From: Hyphomicrobiales bacterium
GTDB lineage: Bacteria > Pseudomonadota > Alphaproteobacteria > SPJN01
Direction of reading: 5' to 3'
Length of the DNA stretch: 64,000 bases
NCBI GenBank assembly: GCA_006844605.1
Contig: SPJN01000003.1
Coordinates: 120,019 to 184,018, forward strand
Position numbers and translations under genes: made by a program. The number at the start of each line of letters is the position of its first letter. Positions within the stretch are counted from its first letter, which is position 1. Below the pieces are notes generated by a model that saw only the letters and a list, made by a program, of their open reading frames with translations, did not search any database and was not told the DNA's origin. Positions 10,765-19,807 of the stretch are shown piece by piece.

Positions 10765-12107
10765 TAGATTGCGGCAATACTTGTTGCGACCTGATCTTCA
10801 TTGGCTTTCGCATCAAACCCTTCGATCAACACGCCATAAAGTGGATCGAGTACGCCGGGCCACAACAGGCATTCCCTTTCGGCAACCGCAGCGGTTAATA
10901 AATTTGCATCAAATTTGAAACTATCCAACTGCGCGACACAGGCCGCAGGGTCATCCTGCCATTCTTTGACACCAGGTAATCCACGAAACCACGCGGCCCC
11001 GAACACGATGACAGGCTTTGCCATTTGCAACGCTTCCCATCCGGCTTTGCCCGTAATTGTCGCCACCCCCACTGACCTTTCAATCAACTCAAAGCTAGGC
11101 GTATCACGGGGAAGATAAGCGACCCGTGGGATGGCTTTCAGGCGCGTGAAAAAGCTATCCTCACGCAAATAGCTTGCCTGTTTGGGGTTTTCTTTGACAT
11201 AGACCCAAACATCATCAGGCAGTTGGCGCACCAATTCCTCGATTGCAAGTAGCTGATCACAATACACCCCGCCCAACACATCTGTCGTCATTTCCGGCTG
11301 CAAATGAAGGGGGAAGTAAACGAACTTGCGGTCAGGCACATAGACGTCAAACATATCAGCCAATTGACTATGCAGCCGATATTCCTGACGCAGCCGCTCA
11401 AACTTAATCCATGATTTGTCAAAGCTTTTGCGGTTCCACAGAAACGATAAAGTCAGTGCCTTGAATCCTGTGTTCAACGCCCTGCTGCTATAGGCCATCA
11501 AAAAACGCGATAACGTCATGCGCGCCGCGCCTTTCATATAAAAGGGTGGCGATGGATTTAGGTTCAATGAAATGGCACCTGATGGTGTTGTTTTGGGGCC
11601 GCTGACACCGATGGATTCAATCGCTTCTGACGCCCAAAACCGATTGGAAAACAGTGATTGCATCAACACAATCGTACGAATGCCCAACGCCTGACACAGA
11701 TGATAGAGAACAATTGTGGTTCCGCCGTGGGGGACATTGCGAAAGATCACTGTCTCGATTTTCTGATCTTTCAACAAGTTCCAATAAAATTGGATGGCAT
11801 TCTCAAACAAATTGTCGACGTCGAGCCAACTGTCTGAGTTTTTGGCCCGTTTAAAAAACTGTCTAAAATGCGTGCGTCGATAGGTTGTGAAGCTTGCCTC
11901 GCGAACCTGCTTCGTGATCGTCGGATCAAGGTCGGCAGCAAACGCATGAGGTACGGCCATATGCGCCAAATCATGGGAAATCAGCCTGACGCTTGGGTCG
12001 AGGTCTCGCGGCAAGCGATGAATATATATCAGCGAGTTGATCGGGATTCCGGCGGCACGGAACCGCGCCACGTGGTGATATTCAAAGGCAACTGCAAGAA
12101 CGGACAT
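10749..12107 (-). CDS. capsular polysaccharide biosynthesis protein (Capsule_synth/KpsS-like glycosyltransferase)
   Basis: YFPLHLQPE, VKENP, TITGKAGWEAL..KPV motifs. Confidence 0.75.
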   Translation of the reverse strand: MSVLAVAFEYHHVARFRAAGIPINSLIYIHRLPRDLDPSVRLISHDLAHMAVPHAFAADLDPTITKQVREASFTTYRRTHFRQFFKRAKNSDSWLDVDNLFENAIQFYWNLLKDQKIETVIFRNVPHGGTTIVLYHLCQALGIRTIVLMQSLFSNRFWASEAIESIGVSGPKTTPSGAISLNLNPSPPFYMKGAARMTLSRFLMAYSSRALNTGFKALTLSFLWNRKSFDKSWIKFERLRQEYRLHSQLADMFDVYVPDRKFVYFPLHLQPEMTTDVLGGVYCDQLLAIEELVRQLPDDVWVYVKENPKQASYLREDSFFTRLKAIPRVAYLPRDTPSFELIERSVGVATITGKAGWEALQMAKPVIVFGAAWFRGLPGVKEWQDDPAACVAQLDSFKFDANLLTAAVAERECLLWPGVLDPLYGVLIEGFDAKANEDQVATSIAAIYQSAS

Positions 12108-12124
12108 AAGGTTCTATTACTCCG

Positions 12125-12898
12125 CTATTGCCAATGCTCATCAATCCAAGGGGTGGGCAGCACCTTCTTGTAAATGCGCTTCCATTTCTTGTCTTCTGGC
12201 CACTTGCCGATCACGGCATCATCGGGATCAGGCTTACCTGTAAAGCCTATCAGCTTGGCATCCGCAGGCAATGGCGGCACCTTGAACCAGTTCATCGGAA
12301 AACTGGGTATCAAATCGTGCTTGAAACTTAGGCACCAGCCCTTTGGCCAAAACAGAATTTCGTCCAATTCACGCGACAAATATTGCTGCTCTATCCGATA
12401 GCGCGACAGTACGTCATCGGGATTTTTTTGCACATCGTCATAGATGAAGCTGTTTTCACCAACCCGCCAGCGGTAGCAAGTTGTATTGCCGATGCCCTGC
12501 CCAACTTGGGTCCAGTTTTCAATGGCAACGACCTTGCCCGGCGCGAAGGTATAGAAATCATCCATTGGCCCCGTAATCACCAAATCCAAATCAAGGAACA
12601 GGACGTCATCACCGTGGTTGAAGCCGGCAAGCTCACTTTGCCATAGAGATATCTTGCGCCAAGGCGTCCAGCGCACATCTTCCGGCAAATTGATTTCGGG
12701 TAAGGGGTGGCATTCAATCTCGTCTGGAATGCCGGTCGGGTCGTCGGTGTAGCAAACCAAATGCAGCGGCATGGTCAGGTTTCGCTTTAATGCTGAATGA
12801 AGCCGCGTGACATAATCGGCACCGTATCGCGTGCCCCACTTTATGCAGGCTGCATGAGCAACATTGCCCTGCCCGTCAGTAAGCCCTTGATCCGTCAT
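12125..12898 (-). CDS. putative GT-A fold glycosyltransferase
   Basis: CIKWGTRY..YV..L, CYTDD, W.KISL, DxD motif FLDLD, F.GKPDP. Confidence 0.7.
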   Translation of the reverse strand: MTDQGLTDGQGNVAHAACIKWGTRYGADYVTRLHSALKRNLTMPLHLVCYTDDPTGIPDEIECHPLPEINLPEDVRWTPWRKISLWQSELAGFNHGDDVLFLDLDLVITGPMDDFYTFAPGKVVAIENWTQVGQGIGNTTCYRWRVGENSFIYDDVQKNPDDVLSRYRIEQQYLSRELDEILFWPKGWCLSFKHDLIPSFPMNWFKVPPLPADAKLIGFTGKPDPDDAVIGKWPEDKKWKRIYKKVLPTPWIDEHWQ

Positions 12899-12988
12899 AC
12901 GCCATCCGCTCCATTAGCTATATGCATGATCTATGCGCAGATTCTAAGGTAGCGTCAAGCCTGTGGGAAATAGCAAATAGTGCGGGTA

Positions 12989-13351
12989 CTAGGCCCGGCG
13001 ATAATCATCGGCAAGGCGGATGATATCTTCTTCATCAAGCAGGCTGCCCTGCTGCACTTCAATAATCACCAACGGCTCGTGCCCGGCATTGTGAAGCCGG
13101 TGGCGTGCCTGCGCGGGAATGGTGACGACATCGCCGCTTTCGATCTTGTGGCGCTCCGCATCGACGTCTGCAATGCCAATGCCGGACACCACAGTCCAAA
13201 TTTCGGCCCTATGTTCGTGATATTGCAGGGAAAGACGTTGGCCGGGTTTCACTTCAATACGTTTGACGACAAAGCCAGGGCCCGTATCAATAACGTGCCA
13301 CGTGCCCCACGGACGCGTTGCCTCTGCCCCAATCGTATATCGCACTGCCAT
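12989..13351 (-). CDS. stand-alone phosphomannose isomerase type II C-terminal cupin
   Basis: RPWG, VKRIEVKPGQRLSLQYHEHRAEIW, EEDIIRLADDY. Confidence 0.9.
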   Translation of the reverse strand: MAVRYTIGAEATRPWGTWHVIDTGPGFVVKRIEVKPGQRLSLQYHEHRAEIWTVVSGIGIADVDAERHKIESGDVVTIPAQARHRLHNAGHEPLVIIEVQQGSLLDEEDIIRLADDYRRA

Positions 13352-13472
13352 TTGTGTGCCCCAAGCCCATTAAATCCGCACAAGAACGCGCATTAATGCA
13401 GGCCCTACACAAAGCTGCAAGAAAAAAAGGCAGATTCACTGCCATTTTCTACCGGAATTGTTGACCGGTTTC

Positions 13473-14120
13473 TCACTGAAAGCGATTTAGCGGTGAAATA
13501 CCCTTGTTACGGCCAAGGCCAAGCGGATTGTTGCCACCCCGCAATTCGTCAGCCGCATTATCAATGCCCCGATCTGCGCCACCGGGACCGCCACCTGCCA
13601 TTGTAGACTGACCGCCACTGAATGCACCGCGCACCTTGCGATAAGCTGCCCGATTTCCGCTGGCATGCGCGCCCAGCAATATCTGCCGTTTCCGCGCGCC
13701 ACGAACATAACGCAGGGCATTTGCAGCATTTACACCCGCCTTTTCATCGGCACGGATCGCAGCGGCGGCAACCAACGCTGTGCGATCGGGGTCCTGCGTT
13801 GCAGCGACAATGGCAATGGCGGGAATATTTGCGACCCCGTATTTCTGCATCAGGCGCGTCAAATGTGTCTCAGCATCCGTGTCATCATCGGTCAGCATAA
13901 TCTGATGAATGACACGCGCGGCCTCAGCCTCCAACGCAATGGGGCCGCCACCGGGAACCGATACAATCATATCGCCGTTTGACTTCGTCATCACATCACC
14001 GGGCGCGGCAAATGCAGCCCCTGTCATGCCAACAGCCAACATGAAAAGGACAACCATGACCATAGGCAGCCCCCGAACAGTCCGAATATTTTGTATGCTT
14101 GGTGTCAAACCTGTCTCCAT
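13473..14120 (-). CDS. hypothetical exported protein
   Basis: Hydrophobic signal ending AAFAA, Ala-rich helical core, Gly-rich tail; fills the gap between genes. Confidence 0.6.
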   Translation of the reverse strand: METGLTPSIQNIRTVRGLPMVMVVLFMLAVGMTGAAFAAPGDVMTKSNGDMIVSVPGGGPIALEAEAARVIHQIMLTDDDTDAETHLTRLMQKYGVANIPAIAIVAATQDPDRTALVAAAAIRADEKAGVNAANALRYVRGARKRQILLGAHASGNRAAYRKVRGAFSGGQSTMAGGGPGGADRGIDNAADELRGGNNPLGLGRNKGISPLNRFQ

Positions 14121-14231
14121 CTGCGCGCATCGATATATATGCGCTCTCCCTCAACCTAGGAATGGATTGTGGCGCAATAGGGGCATCAAATGGGACAAAT
14201 GATGCAGATCGGCAACATTAACGATCTACTT

Positions 14232-15980
14232 TTAGGAACGGCGCAATTCACGGATCAAAAACCGCCCCGGATGCAAGGCTGCCAGTTCATCCCGGGCAAG
14301 CGATGGCACCTGCCCGCACACCATTGCGGCAAGATTATCTGCCAATAATGGCGCTGTCATAAACCCGCGGGAGCCAAGCGCCCCCATAACGAATAGCCCC
14401 GGCGTCAACGGCCCGGTCATATCGGCGACAGCCGTCGGCCCATGTTTGATCGGGGCAAACATTGTTCGCCATTGATCAAAGTCAGGCACCGGCCCCATTA
14501 ACGGCAACCGATCCGGCACCGTTAGGCGACTGCCAGACCAGTCGCTGACATGCTGCTGACCGCTGATGTTGAAACTGTCAAGCAACCCAGCCCGATCATC
14601 ATCATTCGGCACTGCTGCTGACGGATCGCGAAAACTGGCACCGATGACAAGCCTGTCTGCCCCATCTGGAATCAGATAATGATCAGCCATTTGTGGCATC
14701 GTAAATCCATGCGCCACATGATTAACCAAGGCAATTTGCCCCGCCAATGGTTTGAGCGGCAAATCTGCACCATCCAGAAAGCCTGTCAGCCCCACCCCGG
14801 GGCAAAGAATAACAGCGTGATTAGCTGAAGACACTGGCGCCCTTGTAACGCCAAATCGCACATCACCCCCCTTGGCCAATAGTGCCAAGGCCGCAGCGCC
14901 ATCGACCCACCCGGTTTGCGCGATATGCAGCCCTTTGTCTGACAACTCTACACCAGTGTCATGCCAAACAGACGCACCAATGCTGGCCCAAAAATCACAA
15001 GCAAAGGAAAATGCGTTTCCCATAAAACGTGGCCCACCGCCGGCACCATGATCAAGCCACGGGGTAATCAACGCTGCAGGAATGGCCGATACGGTTGCCG
15101 CCCAATTCCGCTGCCGTTCAATGACGGTCACGCTGATTTCAGGGGCCTTGGCCTTGATCGCCCTTGCCGTTAGCAGCCCCGCCAGCCCAGCGCCGACAAT
15201 CGTGACTTTTTTTGGCGGCACAGTTGGCAATGCAGAATCAGCCCATGACAATTTATGCGGCGAATGTTTTGCATCATGACCGTCAAACCTACCGATACTC
15301 ATATGACGCTTGCGGCCAAAGCCTTTTCTGCGCTCCATCTTAAAGCCAACATGCGCCAGCCTACGCCGAACATCCCCAACAGCCGTGAATGTCGCCAGAC
15401 TCGCCCCATCCTTGGAAAGCCGCGCAATTTCCCGAAATAGTCGATCCGACCAAAGGTCTGGATTTAAAGCCGGTGCAAACCCATCAAGAAACCAGCAATC
15501 AACCATCCGCCGCGGCGCAAGGGTGGCAAGCATATCTGCGCCCTCGCCCGCCAGCACGGTCAGGCGCATACGCCCGTTCTCAAAATTCAAATCATGCCGC
15601 CCCGCACTTTTCGGAAATGAGGCGCGCAATAACTGTGCCAACGGGGCAAGCTCAGGAAAGGCGTCGTGGGCTCGCGCCAGATCATCAACACACATCAAAT
15701 GCTTTTCTACGCTGATAAAATGAATGGTGCCCGGCTGCCCTGCCTTCAACCATGCCTGCCACAAGGTCAGGAAATTCAACCCCGTGCCAAAGCCCGTCTC
15801 GCCCACGACAAGCGGCACGACAGATTGTTTTGACCACCGGTGAGTGACATCACACCCGCCCAGAAAGACATAGCGACTTTCTTCAAGACCGGCATCGCCA
15901 TAATACACATCGTCATATTGCGATGATCGTGGCTGCCCGTCATCCGTCCAGGCGCATGGTGTGGCTTGTATATTGGTCAC
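14232..15980 (-). CDS. mnmC: bifunctional tRNA mnm5s2U34 methyltransferase/FAD oxidase
   Basis: YDDVY, ETGFGTGLNFL, WFLDGFAP..NP, GFGRKR, GAGLAG, LGSRG. Confidence 0.9.
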   Translation of the reverse strand: MTNIQATPCAWTDDGQPRSSQYDDVYYGDAGLEESRYVFLGGCDVTHRWSKQSVVPLVVGETGFGTGLNFLTLWQAWLKAGQPGTIHFISVEKHLMCVDDLARAHDAFPELAPLAQLLRASFPKSAGRHDLNFENGRMRLTVLAGEGADMLATLAPRRMVDCWFLDGFAPALNPDLWSDRLFREIARLSKDGASLATFTAVGDVRRRLAHVGFKMERRKGFGRKRHMSIGRFDGHDAKHSPHKLSWADSALPTVPPKKVTIVGAGLAGLLTARAIKAKAPEISVTVIERQRNWAATVSAIPAALITPWLDHGAGGGPRFMGNAFSFACDFWASIGASVWHDTGVELSDKGLHIAQTGWVDGAAALALLAKGGDVRFGVTRAPVSSANHAVILCPGVGLTGFLDGADLPLKPLAGQIALVNHVAHGFTMPQMADHYLIPDGADRLVIGASFRDPSAAVPNDDDRAGLLDSFNISGQQHVSDWSGSRLTVPDRLPLMGPVPDFDQWRTMFAPIKHGPTAVADMTGPLTPGLFVMGALGSRGFMTAPLLADNLAAMVCGQVPSLARDELAALHPGRFLIRELRRS

Positions 15981-16561
15981 CGATTAGAACGTTTCTTTAT
16001 AAGGCCGCAAATCAAGTTCTAAAGTCCAAGCAGAACGGTGCTCTTGGCAAAACATTCTGAATGCACAGACAAGATCCGCAATGAACAAATCACTTTTAGC
16101 CACTCTAGTTACCCCATTTTCAATCGCATGGGTGCCAAATTGCATTCACGCAGTCTGCCTGCCTTTACGGGGCTTTGAAATTGCCAGCGCCCCGAAATTT
16201 GACCTGATTCGTCCAATTTGCGTGGAAAGACCGGAAAATTTGCAAGACCGATGACAGAAATCAAGACAGATGCAAATATTTTTGCCGCCACACCGCTTGA
16301 CACTTTAGTATCGATTTATCAACACCCATAGCGGTCAGCGCGAATTTTATAGAAATATTTACTACAGAAACAGAGCATAGCCGCATTATGGGTTTCAACA
16401 ATGTATGCCAGACATCGCAATAAAACTTAGTAATTACAAAAGCTTAGGCCCCCCACCTTTCGTTTTCAACCTAAAGGTATGTTGCTGTGCGGCCCATACT
16501 ACCTGAAATGGTCGTCTTTTTACGCGGCAGCACCTAGGTGTCGATTTATTAAAAAAAGTAC

Positions 16562-16590
16562 TAGACAAAAGTCATAGGCCTAGGCAATAT
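16562..16590 (+). promoter_or_regulatory. putative sigma70 promoter for the candidate sRNA
   Basis: TAGACA-N17-CAATAT, 7 nt upstream of the first hairpin. Confidence 0.5.
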
Positions 16591-16596
16591 CAATTT

Positions 16597-16740
16597 TACC
16601 GAAGCTGTTGCCACTCCATTTGCTTCGGTAGCCCCGGGCCTAGACGGGGTTCCACCGACGAAAAAGCGAAAGCTTTCTTGCCGGATTATTTAGGGGAACG
16701 GCCGCCAACCCACCGACCAAGCCGTTCCCCTTTTTCTTTG
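16597..16740 (+). ncRNA. candidate small RNA (family not recognised)
   Basis: Hairpin TACCGAAGC/GCTTCGGTA, hairpin CCCCG/CGGGG, terminal stem AGGGGAACGGC/GCCGTTCCCCT plus T-tract; no credible ORF. Confidence 0.6.
16692..16740 (+). terminator. intrinsic terminator with an 18-nt loop
   Basis: 11-bp perfect stem followed by TTTTCTTT. Confidence 0.7.
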
Positions 16741-16797
16741 CCCAAATCAGATTTCATTTTCAGTAGGCAAGTCTGCAAAGCTTTGCTAGCAAGCCCT

Positions 16798-17460
16798 ATG
16801 ACTGATCAAAAAACACTGACATTCCTGCACACCGCACCAAGCCACGTCGCCCGCTTTGACCGCCTGCTTGCAGCGCATGACCTAACTGCCCTGCGGGTAC
16901 AGCATCACGTCAACGAGGCGTTGTTGCCCCATGACGGCCGCCTGACAGATGATTTGAAACGCAATGCGCTTTCAATTTTCATGCAACTTTCATCCGGTGC
17001 TGACATGGTGCTGTGCACATGCTCTACCCTTGGCCCTGTCGCTGACATAGCTGCAGAGATGGTTGATGGCCGTGTTTGGCGCATAGACCGGCCAATGGCC
17101 CAACAGGCGCTGAAGACTGGCCAACACATTCTTGTGGCGGCATGTCTTGCCCCGTCAATCATGCCCACACAGCGCCTTTTAATGGCTGAAGCTGACGAAG
17201 CCCAATTACTGCCGATGATCAGCCCCTTGATTATTGAAGGCGCATGGCAGCTGTTTTTGGACAATAACGAAACCGCCTATGCTGCAGCGATTGCACAGGC
17301 CATCAAAGATGCTGTGCAAACCACGAAGCCTGACGCCGTTATTCTGGCTCAAGCCTCGATGGATTGCGCAGAACCATTATTGAATGATTGCGGCGTACCG
17401 GTTTTCAGCACACCACATATTGGCGTTGCAGCCGCTCTTGATGAGCTGGGCCTGATTTAG
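16798..17460 (+). CDS. Asp/Glu/hydantoin racemase-like protein
   Basis: FLHTA, LCTCSTLG, RIDRPMA, VILAQASM, VPVFSTP; ATG 16798 chosen over the ORF-track start. Confidence 0.75.
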   Translation: MTDQKTLTFLHTAPSHVARFDRLLAAHDLTALRVQHHVNEALLPHDGRLTDDLKRNALSIFMQLSSGADMVLCTCSTLGPVADIAAEMVDGRVWRIDRPMAQQALKTGQHILVAACLAPSIMPTQRLLMAEADEAQLLPMISPLIIEGAWQLFLDNNETAYAAAIAQAIKDAVQTTKPDAVILAQASMDCAEPLLNDCGVPVFSTPHIGVAAALDELGLI

Positions 17461-17490
17461 GAAAGGCCCTGACATAGCCAAAGTTCAAGC

Positions 17491-19743
17491 TTAGTCATAA
17501 TTCAGGAATATCGGTGATGACCACGCCAGCTCCTCAGCCGGTGCAAGGCAATCATCTTCCTTGTCATGACGAAAGGGATCGCCCTTACACAGGTTAACGG
17601 TGATACAACGCCCATTGGCATCGCGCGTACATCGCTCCATCCCTGCATTGACTGTAGGGCCAGCTTCTTCAATCACGCGCACATAATAGGTCGCGTCGCG
17701 CCCGCCGCGGACATAGTCCTCATCCGTAAAGGTGGTTTGACACCCCGCAACCCGCGATTCTTCAACGTCACATTCAAAAACTTTCCACGGATCCTCGATC
17801 AGGCCAGCAACATCTTCGCCCTGTGTAATCTGCGGGCGAATACGAATAACCTCCAACCGCTCAACGCCCTTGCGGGTATCGCCCGGATTGTAGCATTCGT
17901 TCTTACATATGCGGGCAATTTCATCAGCGCCCAACTGGTCCATTGCGTATTCAGGGCAACCGGGCCGCTGCACCTGCGCGCCAAGTGCCGTAACCTTAAA
18001 TGTCGGGTTGCTGCGTTTTTTGACAACACTGCCCATCGGAACCGCAGCACCATTATCATCAATCAAGTCGAACCACAGCAATATCCGATCACCGGAGGTG
18101 CCATAGGTCTTCCGGGCCTGCATGGCATTCCAAATGGCATCACGATTGCGTCCTTCTGTATGGGCCGCGATCAACCCACCGGTCATAAAGAATGACCCTT
18201 GGCGTTCGGTTTCGGTGATATTGAAATCAGCGATACTTGATTTTGTGGGGTCAAACGGCTGCGGTACTGACAGCGGCTCTTTCTCAGGCATCAGGCGATT
18301 GGAAATCCCGCCAAGGGACACACCCTCTGTCATGCCATAGCGCCCAAATTCCTTATACCCAGTACCCGGACGCGCCTGATGATTGTCAGAACTGGCCATG
18401 ATACCCCATGTAAAGCGTTTGGGTTTGCCTGCTTCATCAAAATTACTGATGGCCAAAGCATATTGTACGGAGTTGCCGGGGCGATAGTTAAAGGCCGGCA
18501 AGCGACAATCCTGACATTGGCCGGCATCAAGCCAATCTTCTGATTTTGCGCCGGGCACGACGTTGAACCCGGCATTGGCGGCCTCAACATAATATTGGCG
18601 CGCATCAGCGGCACGTGAGGCGCATTCAGCCTCATCAACACCCTCCGCAAGACACCGGTCAGTGATAATTTCACCAGCTCGCCAACATGACGGCAGATAC
18701 CCTTCTGTCGGTTCAGGACAGGACGGATTGCCCGCCGCGTCAAAACTGATGGCGCGCCAATCGCGATACTCGTCCGAGTTACCGTGGCCGGAGAAAATCT
18801 CAACCAGCATTTGATAGTCAGGGCGGCTTTGACCCTTTTTCAATTGCTTATCCATTGAAACGCCGGGCGGTGTATAAAAGCCCCAGGTCGTGCCATGCGG
18901 GATCACAATCGCCTCGGTCTGCCATTCATCAAGCTTGCGGAACAGGTCCTTAGGCTCTGCAGCAAGTTCAATACAATTAGGCGGCAAATCAGGTGATGCC
19001 ACCCCTTCGGGGCACATATCACGGTCAGCCAATTCCTGATTGAACAAAACCCCGCCATAATACGGCTTACGGTCGCCACCCGGTGCCCACATAGTCATCA
19101 GCACCGCCTGCCAGGCAGGCACGCCCTTCCAGCCGCCATGTGCGATCGAACCGGGCGGTGAATAGGCCCCCACGGGACGGGCGGGAACAAGATCATCCGC
19201 AGTCTGGCGCAAGATCACATTCTTATGGCCATAATGATTGTCGGGGTTGGTGCCGATTTGCGTCCATTCCCACCCCAAAAAAGAAATCATATCCGGACGG
19301 TCAGGGTCACCTGCCTGCGCATTACAATCCCGAATGACTTTCTTTGTGTCCGTCCATTTGCGTTCGTTCAATCCAATACCGTGATCGGTGATCGACCAAA
19401 AATCCAGCGCGGAACAAAAGCGTGCAAAATCACAAGCGTCAGAAACCGGGTGTGCCCCTTCGCCCTGAACAATCGGAAGACTGCCAACAAAGGCATCCAC
19501 AGAAAATGTTGTGTGAACATGAAGGTCGCCGAACAAAATCTGATTATCGCTCAGACGTCCACGGCTGACCGCAGCGACCAATGTTTGGGCGTCGCGCACA
19601 ATATTCACTTCTGGCGGACGGGGGCCATCAGCAACAATACCGCCATCATGCAATTCACCGAACCAGCCTTGGAAAATGGCGAATACCCAAACACCAAAGC
19701 CAAGCACCACCAATATTGCCAGTTTACCGATCAAACGCATCAT
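17491..19743 (-). CDS. DUF3604 domain protein (PHP-like metallohydrolase, N-terminal anchor)
   Basis: FGDLHVHT.FS.DA, LDFWSITDH, GWEWT, SSDNH, YYVRV, ELAWSSPI. Confidence 0.85.
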   Translation of the reverse strand: MMRLIGKLAILVVLGFGVWVFAIFQGWFGELHDGGIVADGPRPPEVNIVRDAQTLVAAVSRGRLSDNQILFGDLHVHTTFSVDAFVGSLPIVQGEGAHPVSDACDFARFCSALDFWSITDHGIGLNERKWTDTKKVIRDCNAQAGDPDRPDMISFLGWEWTQIGTNPDNHYGHKNVILRQTADDLVPARPVGAYSPPGSIAHGGWKGVPAWQAVLMTMWAPGGDRKPYYGGVLFNQELADRDMCPEGVASPDLPPNCIELAAEPKDLFRKLDEWQTEAIVIPHGTTWGFYTPPGVSMDKQLKKGQSRPDYQMLVEIFSGHGNSDEYRDWRAISFDAAGNPSCPEPTEGYLPSCWRAGEIITDRCLAEGVDEAECASRAADARQYYVEAANAGFNVVPGAKSEDWLDAGQCQDCRLPAFNYRPGNSVQYALAISNFDEAGKPKRFTWGIMASSDNHQARPGTGYKEFGRYGMTEGVSLGGISNRLMPEKEPLSVPQPFDPTKSSIADFNITETERQGSFFMTGGLIAAHTEGRNRDAIWNAMQARKTYGTSGDRILLWFDLIDDNGAAVPMGSVVKKRSNPTFKVTALGAQVQRPGCPEYAMDQLGADEIARICKNECYNPGDTRKGVERLEVIRIRPQITQGEDVAGLIEDPWKVFECDVEESRVAGCQTTFTDEDYVRGGRDATYYVRVIEEAGPTVNAGMERCTRDANGRCITVNLCKGDPFRHDKEDDCLAPAEELAWSSPIFLNYD

Positions 19744-19760
19744 GTCCCCGCTCCCTTATG

Positions 19761-19792
19761 AAAAAGCCCGCCCCCATTATCAGGGACGGGCC
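19761..19792 (-). terminator. intrinsic terminator after the fadB-like gene
   Basis: Minus strand GCCCGTCCC-8nt-GGGGCGGGC-TTTTT. Confidence 0.7.
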
Positions 19793-19807
19793 ATTTTGTT
19801 TCCAGCC

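Noticed and set aside
16081-16254. 57-codon plus-strand ORF in the long intergenic region (also the 16109-16303 minus ORF)
   Set aside because: No SD and no recognisable motif; cannot be supported
16300-16560. oriC or dif site
   Set aside because: No DnaA-box cluster, CtrA TTAA-N7-TTAA site or XerC/D consensus, and no origin-linked genes
16678-16797. ORF-track N-terminal extension of the racemase-like gene
   Set aside because: Runs through the terminator hairpin; family-like sequence begins at ATG 16798
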